Assembly (NCBI GenBank): GCA_023515725.1
Contig: JALDTO010000142.1
Location: forward strand, 434,001-498,000
DNA: 64,000 bases
Source: Amoeboaphelidium protococcarum X5
Taxonomy: Eukaryota > Fungi > Aphelidiomycota
Reading direction: 5' to 3'
The position numbers were made by a program, and so were the translations under genes. Shown piece after piece: positions 50,075 to 62,684 of this stretch; positions within the stretch are counted from its first letter, which is position 1, and each line of letters starts with the position of its first letter. The notes under the pieces are model-generated. The model made no database searches. It saw only the letters and a program-made list of their open reading frames with translations, and was not told the origin of the DNA.

Positions 50075-51505
50075 TCAATGTTAACGTTATTTCAGACTTT
50101 TGAGATAGAGAAGATCACCCTGGTAGTCAACTTGTTTACAGAGACGCGTCTTGAAGAACAACTTTAGACAATACCAACCACCAGTCTAGTGTAAAACAAC
50201 TGCCATCAGATATTCAATCTCCTTCCATTGTATCGTTTTCAAAGCTTTCAAATCTCCGCATAGAGCTTGTTGCACTAACTCAATGTTGAAATCGGACTTT
50301 GATGAGAAAGAGCGAGTGTCACAGAGATCATCATCATTATCACCATCTGACACGTAAAAGTATCTTTAATAATCAATCATGGACGTGAGAGGAATACACT
50401 TCAATAGAGGGAAGCCAAGTAGGAGTAACTTGCCCACAAGAACTGGGTGAATTTCTCGTCTTTGCAATATTAAATGATAGTAGAACAGCAAGGAAGCCAA
50501 AATTGCTTTCTAGTAAAAACCTTGCTGAACATTTTCAAACACTGGCAAAGCTTGCACTAGAGAACCGTATTAATGTGCCATAATAAGCCACCGGACACAC
50601 TCCATAGTAGATGGTACGGTCTAGGAGCACCACTTGATTATATCAGATTCGTCATCACACAATTTAAATGCATCATACACAGAATCTACATTATAATCAT
50701 GATAAGCTTAAACTATTTACTCTGACTTCGCCTTGCATATCTGGCATTAACAGATGAAATACTTAATAGCCAGCAATCGTTCACGCCTCATCACTGAGGG
50801 AAGTAGTAGATCTAGCTCGCTCAAGTATGAACAAGACAGAAGATCACCAGTCTATATTTCACGGGTCGCAGTAAATTGAATGCGTAAACTGTCCGAACCA
50901 TCCTGTTACTTCAAATGATTAATAGTAAACACGGTATTAGGAGAGCATGAATGAGCCATTTTAGACGCAAGTGCGAAAAGTCCGCAATTTACAACACCAT
51001 CGCGTACAATTTAATGAGCATTTGTGTAGCATATCAGCATAAATTTTACCAGGTATTACTTGAATCTTAGAGACTTGCTCTAAAAGGCCATCTACGAGAT
51101 ATCATTGATAATATCAACCATTTCATTGACGCGAGCGATATCAGATGGAAGGTTGGGCAACGCGAAATCTACATAAAATCATAGTAATAATGTTGCACAT
51201 GCTATTTAAACTGCATATCAAAGCTTACCATCAAGTGCACTGTATAGACACTCTTATAATTCATTAAAAGCCAAAAGAGTCGATATCAATAAATCAGATT
51301 CATCACGATATGAAGATTGTTCAAGACGGGATCTCACATTGTCAAAATTGATAATCTGACAAGATACATCATCACTTGATACTTTCCACTGCGTTAGAGG
51401 ATAATCCGTTAAGACTTGATCACCTACACTGTAATTCTTTTTAGCGTATAGTGATCGACCCACGTCACTATCGTTCTTGCAATCATAGTCATTCTCCATG
51501 GACAT
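50075..51505 (-). CDS. SET-domain protein (SMYD-like)
   Basis: GRSLYAKK..VGD, TNAH, GLFALASKMAHSCSPNT, ATREIQTGDLLSCSY, RRERLL..KYFICQCQIC. Confidence 0.88.
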
Positions 51506-51697
51506 TCTTGGCTTTGATAGTTCTCACAATTTAAGCGATCACACGAAGCTTTGAGAAAGCGCGTTTCAGTGAATCACCAAAGAAGCAAATGTTGTATTCA
51601 CTGTATTACACTCATACATGAAATGTGTCACTACCATTAACCACTTCTCTTTTCACACAAAGTCATATTAATAAAATTGAGCTGTAAAGTTTTAAAA

Positions 51698-52306
51698 ATG
51701 GAGAATCGTGATATTGCTAATTACCCTGCACAAGTCGCCGGTCTACTAAACGACTTAGATAATGAAATCAAAACTGATGTGAAACAACATTTGAATGAGA
51801 TGGAGCTTCGTGATGGTGCCGTGCTGGATACCAATCCTGAGCATCTCCTCTCATTGTCTGAGCAGAAGAAAAAGTAAAAGAGTTCTGGTGGTAGAAAATC
51901 CTCTAGTGGTTCATCTTCTGTATTAAAAGAATACGAGGCACAAGAAAGTATGCAAGTCGAGCCTAGTTATGATGACGGTGCTGATGATTACGGTAATGAA
52001 ATGGAAGCTCAGGGAGATTCCGCTGTAGACTTGTAGTCTCCTGTGCAGTACTATCAAAGTTAATTGCAAGGTTAGCAACATGCTGGTTAGTAGTAGTAGT
52101 AGCAGCCATAGTCTATGAATCCATAGCGCGTGTCAATGACACCTATGAACACCTCTCACACTGCATCTGGTTTCCCGTTCTCGACCCCTCAGTCGCCTGA
52201 AAAGTAGCTTCCTTTATCAACTGAGAAGAGACATTTGAGCGGCGAGTTTGACATGGAGCTGATAGATGCGTAAACTATCGGATTGCACGGGGAATTGAAA
52301 TTGTGA
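51698..52306 (+). CDS. Small (202 aa), largely disordered orphan protein carrying the LNEMELRDG motif
   Basis: Open frame from ATG 51698 to TGA 52304-52306; polyQ encoded by TAG repeats. Confidence 0.8.
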
Positions 52307-52377
52307 TTGCCTGTTTATGATTGAAATTTACTGATTCTGATTTGATTCATGTCATTATCACCTTTTGATACAGATTC

Positions 52378-52909
52378 TCACTTACAAGCAGCTTTTAATT
52401 GTTTTACCATTTGAACCTTCTCCTGAGCCAACTCCAACATCAATTAGTGAGTTTACTTACGCACCATCTTTTCTACACCAATACAGAAAGTCTTGTAATA
52501 AACATTAGAATAAATGAATAATCTTACCATTCGTTTCAACAGAGATCAAATAATTCTGAAACCAAACTTGCATCTCGTTGTAATCTTGTTGAAACTGACC
52601 AGTGATACTCATGACATTATGATGAAGTTTTTCACGTATTTGATACAACTTTTACAGAACTTGATCCGTGAATTCTTGCTCCTTCAATATCAGTTCCATA
52701 TCTTGGCTTTTTGCTTTGGATCTAAACATTTAAGAATCAACGTGTTTATCAAGCAAAGTTGAAACTTACAGTGTAAAATTGAATGATTTGCGTTGTTATT
52801 ATGACTATACTTGAAACTCTTCTTTCAATTCAACTATTGAAGTCATTTCATTGTCAATGAAAGCTTTTTTATAGTTCATTATCTCATTCTCAACGCGTGA
52901 AGTATCCAT
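52378..52909 (-). CDS. Small coiled-coil protein (158 aa); intron 52527-52473
   Basis: Heptad-like helical text; a GTAAGA...GGTGTAG intron restores frame to ..VKQLKAACK-TGA. Confidence 0.6.
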
Positions 52910-53102
52910 TTTGATGTGTTTTAGTATTACTTTTTGATGGTGATGTTGAGATAAGAGAAAGAGAGATGGATTAAAACAACAAGTGAGACGAATGAAATCT
53001 TGATTTGAATGCAATGTAAATTTATTGAAACAATCTGAATCATTGAGATGTATGCAAACTACTTTCCATTTACCAGAGCATAGTATTCAAAATAAGAGCA
53101 GC

Positions 53103-53876
53103 TCACTTGGAAAAGATATTAATCAGACGCGGCAGTGGGGTGAGAGCAGGTAGATCAGATAGAGAAATATTCACAAACCACAGAGGACTGGTGATACCAT
53201 CGACGAGATACAGGTAGCCATTACTGCAACTGAAGCCAGTCGTGATATTCAGCTCATTGTAGTGTAATCCAACGCCGGTATCCAAGACTGGCGAACGTGC
53301 ACTCTGAACGACTTGAGACTAATTGTAAGTAGACTGCCCAGGAGAGAACGGTACAGGCGAGACTGCAGATCCACGCCAAATGGTCGCGTTCAGAGGTGAT
53401 AGCAGAGTCTCAGCGGTGACATTCTGATTAGCCGAAGTAGACAAATTCGCACTCAGATCATAACTGCTATTCAGTGTGTGATAACTGTACAATCCTAACA
53501 GTACGTTGTATGCAGTTCTTATCTCATTGATATTTCTCGGATTAGGAACAACGACAGAGGAGTTGGTTTGATTCAGCAGTTGCACCAGCTGTTGAGGTAG
53601 TTTACTATACGCGTCATTAATGGGAGCAAAGAAGGTGATCTGACTATTGACGGCATCTCCTTGGATCTCAGAGCCATTACCATTCAAAACATTACGGAAC
53701 TATGGAAGTTTTTGAATATTATTCACAGTCTGTCTCAGTTCACCAGATCCAGACTAGATGTTTTACATGACTTAGTATATGGATTAATCTCCAATTTCAA
53801 TTGCTTGCCTCTTGTACAGCAAAGCATTGCTAGACAGAGCGGCCACAAAGCAGAATAGAGCAGAGTAATATTGCAT
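53103..53876 (-). CDS. Secreted fasciclin (FAS1) domain protein
   Basis: Signal peptide MQYYSALFCFVAALSSNA; H1 ITFFAPINDAYSKLP; YH motif; H2 CSNGYLYLVDGI. Confidence 0.88.
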
Positions 53877-55222
53877 GATACTGTAGATAGATAGCGTAGT
53901 ATATATCGGTAAATTGTATATTTGTATCATGAAAAGAGAAAGTATGATAAATGCACGAATTTATAGAGCTAGATCCAATTCGCACCAATGAATAACGCCA
54001 AATCACTCTTTGACTAACTATAGTTGACAACACCTACCGTCACCATGACTTGTCTCTGTCCGTAAACTTATTCGTTCCTTTTCAAAGATGTCTTGATATG
54101 AATCGGCAAAGTATATACAATTTTAAAGGGGAATCACCAACACCCATCCATTTATAACATTATCAATATTGACTCAGCGACATATTCCCCATGCATACTT
54201 AAGCCCGAAGATTTACAAATGCCATTGAACTGTATGCTTAGCTCAAAAATATCAATAAGACTCTTGAAAGTGATCAGCAGTAAATTCTTTTACCATAAGT
54301 TAGAGATACTCCGATCAAATCATTCATCAACGAGATCTGCATCTCTTTTTTCGATTCTTTCATCCCAACTAACCAGCATATTATAACATAGTAAATACAG
54401 AGCGAGTAAATAATGACTCTGGCAATCTAAAATTTAATTCGATAAGAGCTTGCAAACTCTAAAGTAAGTACTCAGCAATAATCTATGCATATATGTCATA
54501 TCTGAGTTTTATTGTAGTAAGCGTCAAAATCTGTCGAGAGACTAATGTCGTCGCTGAGTGGCTAATAAGAGAACGCGCTGGTAAACCTCCATATATTCCT
54601 GAAATCTAATAGACAGTATCATGAACTGCAATAGAAATACCATCCTACCACCAATGCTACAGAGCTTCACAAGATTAAACTCTCTGCTCAACGCGTCGGC
54701 TTGGAATTGCCCAATAACTTTAAATCCATGATAGGCGAAGAGTGATTGACCAATAGATTGTATCTCGTTACTATTATTGGTAAGTGCTGCATGTTTTTGC
54801 ATTTTATCATACTCTCTACCATTTGGAACATTATTAAAATTCATAGCAGTAATCATGAGAACATAAAGATATCAAAATTTGTCCAAGTTTTTCTACATAG
54901 TGAAGATTTATAGTATTCAACAACATTATATTCAATTTCTCACGAGCGGCAACTTAATGCCCGTTTACTAAGCGTTCCCTACACGAAACATTAACGCGAT
55001 AAAGTCCATTCAAGAAAGCGGATTATCAGTTAGAAGCAAATTGTGAAACGAAACCGTTTGTTGATCGAGATAAAATTGTTTCTTTCTTTTGTTCTGTTTC
55101 TTCTTCTAGCTGTCATATTGAAAGGAGGATCATAACTGTCAACAAGCTTTATTATTTTTAGTAATTGATCTGTATTGTATTTGTTAAAGTATAAGGAAAT
55201 AATATTCAGATTGAGTATAAAT

Positions 55223-56998
55223 ATGATTTTACGAAGTTCTCCGTTAAAGTTGAATGAAATGGAGTTGAGGGATGGAAAGTCTATTGATACTACGCCTGCA
55301 CGGAAGCATTCTACTTATGATAGTTACAGGAGACGTTCTACTAGGCGTACCTCATTGTAGTTGGATACAGTTCATGAAAATGATGCCACTCTTCCACAAC
55401 CGCCGCCTTAATCTCCAATGTCTACATTATCTACAATGTCTGTGTAGTCATCATCCGCGGGTGGTGATCAATGGAATCTCAACTCCTTTGCCATCTAGCC
55501 ATCTACTCCAGTGTCAATGTTCCCTGCTAGTTTGGTGCGCTCACTTCCCTCACCATCTACTCGAACATCTGTCATGCGTTCTTAAAATGCGCTTAATGCA
55601 GCTGATAATAATAATAATAATGCGTTTAATATTTAGTAATAAAGAAGAGTTACAAGAAGTCTTTCAAAGTCCTCTCAATCATCAACCAGTGTGCTGTCTT
55701 AAAGCAATTCATCTTCGCAAGAAAGCAGTTCTAGCAACAGAAGTAATCGTGTTGTTTAAAGTGCTAATAATGATGAAGACATATCGAGTAGTGCTAAAAT
55801 TTCTGTTGGATCCCTTGCTTATACTGTATCAGATTACGTGCTTAAGTTGATTATGTATCTGATGAAAGAGTGCTGGGCTACACTATCATATTATCCTATA
55901 CTTAGATAGAGTTTCCTGTCTCTAATTATGATATTATATTTATACAGGCAATTGATGCTATCCCCTGATATCACAATTGATGCAGCTGTTTAAACGCCTG
56001 TAGTAGATTTAATTATTCCTCAAATTTCAAAGCTATAAAGCTAATTGTAAGATGTTTATTCATTCATAGAGGATTCTACCAATAAGCTAAAGCAAGACCT
56101 CTATGATTAATGGTATGTGTAAGAGAATCGGCTGAATTTATCGTTATCTCAAGTTATTGAAAGATTGAATTTGGTTGAAGTCTAAATGCGATAGTAGGAA
56201 GAGTCTCAGCAGCTATTGCAATAAGAATTGAAAGGGGGTTCTCTTACTTAACCGCATTCAGATTATAATGATGTAAATTATGCTAGTAGATTTGCTGGTG
56301 CTAAAGTAATTCGCTATGCCGGAATGACTAGCAAAGTTTACGTTAGGGATTAGCATTCAAAGCCACGGGATTAGTTGTAGAATGATTTCAAATTGTCCCA
56401 GATTTGGAATTGGATATCATAATCTGGATCCAAGTACTTTACTTTAAGTCCATTCAGATTATTGTAAATCAGTGGTGTAAGTAGTAGCGTTAAGAATTTT
56501 CCACCTGAAGTTGTGCTTGAAAATGCTAATGATTTGTAAATGGGAAAATGTTGGTGCTTCAAACGTGATTAAGGATTTTTGACGTTTAAGCTTGCCAAGT
56601 CAACGACCATTTAGCGTATTGAATACAGGCATGAACGAGGCTTAACTGATCAATGGATGGCAGATGCACCTAAAGAGATTGAGATCTGGGCAATGTCGTA
56701 GCCTTCAAATGCAGGATCATTGTCATATCAAGAATTATCGCATTTGGAATACTTGTATTAAGCTTTCTCGTCAACTTATGGCAATTAGAGTTCTTACTCT
56801 GTAAATGATGATATTGATTCCAATGTATCTACGGCATAAGCAGAGTATTTAGGACTGTTGACATTTAATGCGTCTGGTACTTAATCTGCGTCTATTCTAG
56901 TGTCTAAAGCGTCACCGTTTGATGCCATACAGTTAAGAATAAGATCCAACCATGGGAATCCCGGCTTTACATGTCTGTACCAGATTGGAGTGTACTGA
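55223..56998 (+). CDS. SUN-domain inner nuclear membrane protein (Sad1/Mps3/SUN1-like)
   Basis: S/T/P-rich N-terminus, TM segment near 55850-55950, coiled coil, then NYAS..GAKVI, GKCWCF, APKEIEIW, IRSNHGNPGFTCLYQIGVY. Confidence 0.92.
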
Positions 56999-57033
56999 AG
57001 TTAGTGATTGAATTGAAATTGTTTCTATACAGT

Positions 57034-57093
57034 ATTAATGATATATTATTGAAATTAATGCTATATTATTGAAATTAATGCTATATTATTGAA
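57034..57093. repeat. 20-bp tandem repeat x3 (ATTAATGCTATATTATTGAA)
   Basis: Direct inspection; lies between the convergent SUN and WSS1 genes. Confidence 0.9.
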
Positions 57094-57191
57094 TCACCAT
57101 TCCATCAATTGTTATATTACAAAGTACGCACCTGTTCATATAATACAATCAGAATACCACGCTCGTGTAGGAACGTTAGACATCAAATGTA

Positions 57192-58070
57192 TCATGAGAT
57201 GATTATAACGTCATCTTCATCTGGCGTCTTTAAACACCCACTGCTGCCATCTTTATCTTTTTTATTATCATCATCATCATCATCATCACTATCATGAGTT
57301 AGATCTATGTATATGATCTCGCCAGTATTATTAGAGCACCATTGATCATCTCTAGTACGTCGCAAAGCGGCTTATACCGCCAATTCTCTACCAGACTTTA
57401 ATTGATCAAGGCCACGCGAATTCGACGTAGATCCGCCTAATATGTACCCACCTCGCCCTGTATTAGCAACATTACTAGTACCACCAACTTGAATATTAAA
57501 TCGCTTTAGAGTAGCAGCGCGAGCAGCATCTCTAGCACTGATGACTTTATCCCCGCCATTTCGATTAATCGGCCGCTTCTAAGAAGATGAACTACCACCT
57601 AAGCGATGTCCTGTGCCAGTAAAAGCCAGATAAGATTATTTGAATGTAGTGTCAGTGAATTAGTACAATCCGCTCATTGTCAGCTTCTCCCATTCAGTGT
57701 ACAACTCATCCAGGTACCGGTAAAACTTGTCGTCATGGGCACTGTGAACGTTATGGGTAAGTTCATGCAGCGTGGTGCCTATCAGATCGTGTCTGTCTAT
57801 GAATTCATCAGCAGCAGCATTATTGTACCTGAGCCGTATCTTTATGTGCCATCCGCGATTGATATTAATACCCAGCAGATTAGGATTCGATGGATGGAAT
57901 TCACTGAAATTCGGCACCCTCCACTTTCGCTTTATCATCAATGGACGCACAGATGCAGCGATTTCTCTCATTATGTCCAGTGCTTTCTAGTGCTCCTTCT
58001 ACCTCTTCAACGCCGTTATTTCAACCATTCCATACTCATTATCTTAACGCTATTTCTGTTGTCGCTGCAT
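57192..58070 (-). CDS. WSS1: WLM metalloprotease (DNA-protein crosslink protease)
   Basis: LLGININRGWHIKIRLR, HELTHNVH..HDDKFY, SHP-like FTGTGHRLGG, VIM-like RELAVQAALRR, SIM-like IIYIDLT and DDVIIIS. Confidence 0.93.
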
Positions 58071-58371
58071 TTAAATCTCGGAAACTTTAAACGACAATTT
58101 CTGAATTAAAGAGATACATTTGCTTTTAAAAATGGAAGACATAAAGATTTAAAAATGTTATGGCGAGTTGTCAATGATCTTTCAAATTTACTTTTCTTAT
58201 ACCATTGATATAAAACTTTACCGCGTCAAGACAAGGATAAGAATCGAAAAGTGCATAATAATACTCAATTTTCCTATATATATTGATCAGATAGACGTGT
58301 TCATATTCTCAACAAATAGTCATAAGGATATCAGCAAGTGGATGATGCTAGACTCAAATAGCGACTAGAGA

Positions 58372-60989
58372 TCAAGCCAAATACTGATAAACATCCTTCT
58401 GGCCTTCGACACGTTCCATGTACTCCTTGTCTATCAGAATGTCAATACACTTTTTGATATCCGGAATCTTGGGCTTAAAGCGCGACTGCACCTAATTGAT
58501 AATCTCTTGGACCAGTTGAACGTGCTTGATCTGCTGCCTGGTCTTCATCACTCTGACAATGGCGGCCTGGATTAGCATTTTACGATCCTCCTCCACAGTC
58601 TTGTGAGTCTCCTCAACCTCTGCCTTTTGCTCAGACTTGATTGCCGCCTTGAGATTTACTCGAATACGCTTAGACTTAAAGTTAAAGTTCAATTCAAACG
58701 TGGACTGAGGAGTGTATGCACCGGCACTAATCGTTCCATCAACTTCGTCATTGTCATCCTTGTCTTCATCGTTCTATTGCTACTTTCCTGTTGCACCACC
58801 AGCAGTAGATGTAGATGCCACTTGAACTTACTCCGATGTTAATAATACTTTAGCCTTAACCAGATTAGAAAGGATTCCCGTCAGAGTTTAGTCATTCAGA
58901 GCAGTCATTTGCTACAACTATTAATAAGTCAGAGTTGAGCTATCATTAAATGCCAACAGAACACCCATAGCGTAAGTGTACGCCATAAAGATAAAGTTTA
59001 CTCCTTTAGGTCCAGCTTTGACGTAATTAGCCTTCAACTCTCCAGCAGATAAATGGTGCAACCAATTCAATTTCCTGCCAGAATGTTAGCTCTAATAAAA
59101 CGATTAGAATGCGTCATGATACTTTTGCATACCAAGTGGTAAGTTGAATGGCGTCGTTGGACTTTAAAGAGGCCAAGAGCCCGTAGCCAGAATCTTGATA
59201 TAAAAGTCAATGTTGTCATTACTGCTATTGCCAGCTGCCACCACTGCCTATAAATGCTGCTCCTGTTGACTCTTAAAACCATCGTTCAAATCTCTACTAA
59301 GAGACATATCTGTAAACATTCGACTCAGCTTGTTCGTATACTCAAACCCGCACGCCTCCTTCAACTTGCTAATCATCGATGCTTCCGCTTCATCACTTAC
59401 ACTGGCATCATAAACCAGTCTCTTGGCAAGCATCTTGGAGTAAAACTTCTGAAAAACATCCTTATCCTCAATATACTTGAATACAGTCATAATATTAGCC
59501 AGGCCTTCTTCAACACCACCCATAGCACTAGCACCACCGACGTCCATATTGTCATCAGCACCAGCTGCAGAAGCCTTACTAGAAGAGCCCTTCTTCAGCA
59601 AAGAGTCGGCAAACTTGGCCAAATACTCAGGGCTTTTAGTGCTTGGTCTACATAGACAGTTTCTATTCACAAACTCACGACAAGCCTTGTCCAGGGAGCC
59701 AACAAATCCAGCATCATTCTTGAAAGCACCGTTCACAACTTCCAGAAAATGTCTGTACACTTACAACAGACATTCGACATAAGACTTGGGATCGACGTCT
59801 TTAGACTTCTTGGCACCACCAGACAGGGCCTGACTCTTGATCTGGGATTACAACTACTCCGCTGCAGCAAGACCACGATTCTTGACAAACTATTCAAATA
59901 TATCCTTCAACGGATCAAGACCATTCTAAATACGACACAGCAGGTCGTAAGTGCGAGACAAGTCGGCGCGAGAATCCATCTCCAACAAGGATGGAAATTG
60001 GTCAGCTATAGCCTGTTTGTATTGCTCAATCAGTACCGATTCGATGACACTTATCAACGGCTTCATAGTTGAGATATCAAGATAATAATCCACTCGATCA
60101 TGCTCTTACTATAATCTAGCCTCCGCCATCTTCATGTACTCTAGCACGCCATTCTGCTGCATAAACTGCTCTGCCATAACACGATACCACTCCTTACTTG
60201 CGGCGATGAACGCGTCTTGAAAGTACTTCTTGTACACATCCAACGTCTTTCTTGAAGTTTCCACCTCATCCAAGCCGAGCATGGAGTAAGAGGAGGTGAT
60301 TGTCTTCAGCAGAGCAATGTCAGCGTGTTAAGTAGTTTGCAATACACCTGGATTAAGTCTATGTCTCTCAATTAGACTTAACATGGCGGCAGTAACTTTA
60401 GAATGAATGTTCATGAACAAAAAGTCACGCCAGGACACCAAGCACAGAGTATACACGTCATACACATTCTTGTTCCCCTCATCGGTCTGCCTCTTTACCC
60501 AATGTCTGTTCAGGTAGTTGAAAATACGATTTATATACAGAGCCGCTCTGGTGAACCTTTGCCATTCCTCAGAGTAGAACTTTAACAACTCATCACCAAC
60601 AAACTATTGACTTCTAGTCTGCAGGCCGACCAAATGATTCTTCAAGTAGAGTGACAATTGCTCATACAGAAACTCTCCCATTAAATTCGGTCCTCTCACC
60701 ACCTGACTATTAGAACTAACTGGAATTCTGCTCATAGTACAATGATTATAAACGCTAGTATAAAGTCCCATATAACGATTATAAGACAAGCCTACACAGA
60801 CAAACAGGGATTAATACCAGATGGAGTGTTTAGTTTTTAGAAGATAAGACAGTCAACTCACCTTGTTACAGCCTGGTCATAATCTGATCCACACCACTCT
60901 CAATGTCTCTCCACAACTCATCAGCTTCAGCCACTACACACTTGGTTATATAATATAAGAATCAATTAGAACTGATCAATATACCTACT
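58372..60989 (-). CDS. CUL1: Cullin-1; introns 60988-60934 (splits the ATG) and 60861-60792
   Basis: [69 protein letters not shown] (neddylation site), [13 protein letters not shown]. Confidence 0.96.
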
Positions 60990-61252
60990 CTTTATTCCCA
61001 AACTAGGATACTAATTATATATTCGAGTGATACAAGAAACTGCTGTAGATGGAATTACAAGAATAAAGCGTTCAAGGTAAAAGAGAAAGAAATGAGCAAG
61101 TGCGACTTGAACGGGGAAAGAATAAAATAGCGCGAAACGAAACTGAATTGAACGATATGAATGGTCACTTGAAACTCTGCAGTGATGATAAAAGTAGTAC
61201 TGGATTTATCACGTTAGATCAGTAGAATAGAATTCTTTCTTATATTTTATCA

Positions 61253-62473
61253 TCAATTTAAATACTGCGAGCAAAATTGTTATTTATCCAAAGTGCTTGA
61301 GACTTACTTTATTTCATCAGGCATCTACTAGAACTGATCAAGTTTTCTACGCGCGTCAATCAACTGTTCTACGTCGGTAATGGGGCACTGCGCTAAGTAG
61401 GCGATTGCAAAATAATTATCAGACTCCAAAGCCTGTTCAATATACATTGAAAGCCAATTACCAGGAAATAAGCTCTGATAAACACCTTATTCAAAGATTT
61501 ACAAACCTGGTTACCCAATGGCAGTAATTATACCGCGCACAGCCATATCTTATTCTTGTAAGTGTGTGTTTCCCAGAATATACTACCACATTGCAATATT
61601 CCACTAAGAAAATGCAGAATCATACAAGTCATATATAATTTAGCGAAAACGAGCCTCCTAATGCATCTCCTAAATGAAGTCTGCAGATAGCAGTTAGTCC
61701 AATAATTCAATATTCCCCTTAAGACATATTTGTCGTGGTATCAAAGCCCAGACCGATCTATAGACTATCTGAGACTGCCACAGAAAATCTAACGCCGATC
61801 TTCCGAGTTAATTCAAAATCTCCCACAAGTAAACGCTATACCGCTAGATATTAAATTATGGAAATATTACAGCATTAACCAAAGGGAAACGGAGGAAGTG
61901 ATCCTATAGAGACTGCAACAATTACTCGTCCTTCTTCTTCAAAGCGCCTCTGAAGCAAGATAAAACAATGTCTGACGGAAACGCGAAACGACCCTTACCG
62001 CGATATCTAGTCCACCAATGGTTCAAAATTATACTTGCACTAGGAGGCTGACAAATTGATAACGCGACAGAATCTAGTAGATCTTATTCTTGTGGATTAA
62101 TGCTTTTCCAGACATTTTTTGCTTGAATAAACAGTCCTTCATTCAAATACCACTTCATAAGCTGTGGTAATCGACCAGAACGCGTTGCAGCATCGAAAGG
62201 ACTGATATGGCGACGAGTTTAACGCGCCAATTTATTGATTGCCGTTGCTCTAGGCTCGTCAGTTTGCGAAAATATTCTTCTCTGTATTTCACTTGGAATT
62301 CGATTGAATTCAGTCGGTGAATATGAGGAGTCCTCATTGAGCTATGAACGGCCGGCCATATCAGATGTCTGCTGCTCATCTTCAATATTATTATTATCTG
62401 TCTGGCCCATTGCAATGCCAATCACACAAACTAGAAACATCAGAACACAAGTCATTTAAAACATACACAGCAT
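61253..62473 (-). CDS. Secreted 406-aa protein with an N-terminal F-box-like motif and helical-repeat-like body
   Basis: Signal peptide MLCMFQMTCVLMFLVCVIGIAMG; EFNRIPSEIQRRIFSQ; continuous UAR=Gln frame not visible in the ORF track. Confidence 0.75.
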
Positions 62474-62684
62474 TTTAAATAGATCTTTTTATATCCCAAA
62501 AGGTATAATTAGGAGTAAAATCAGGAAATGTCATTGTCAAGAACTTCACCATGAGAATCCATGATCTACGACGAGAGGCCCCTTAGAGCCGCGAAACTTT
62601 TCGTGTGTCTAGTCTAAAGAAGTGTCTCGCTGAGGACTAAATCTCTGAACTGTCACTGCTTATTCTTCAAAATAGTAGGGGAAA

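Noticed and set aside
54000-54900. Minus-strand ORF-like segments
   Set aside because: Several TGAs and frame switches with no recognisable motif; may be a decayed gene but cannot be supported
57034-57093. Tandem repeat as a CRISPR-like array
   Set aside because: No spacers, eukaryotic context; simple minisatellite
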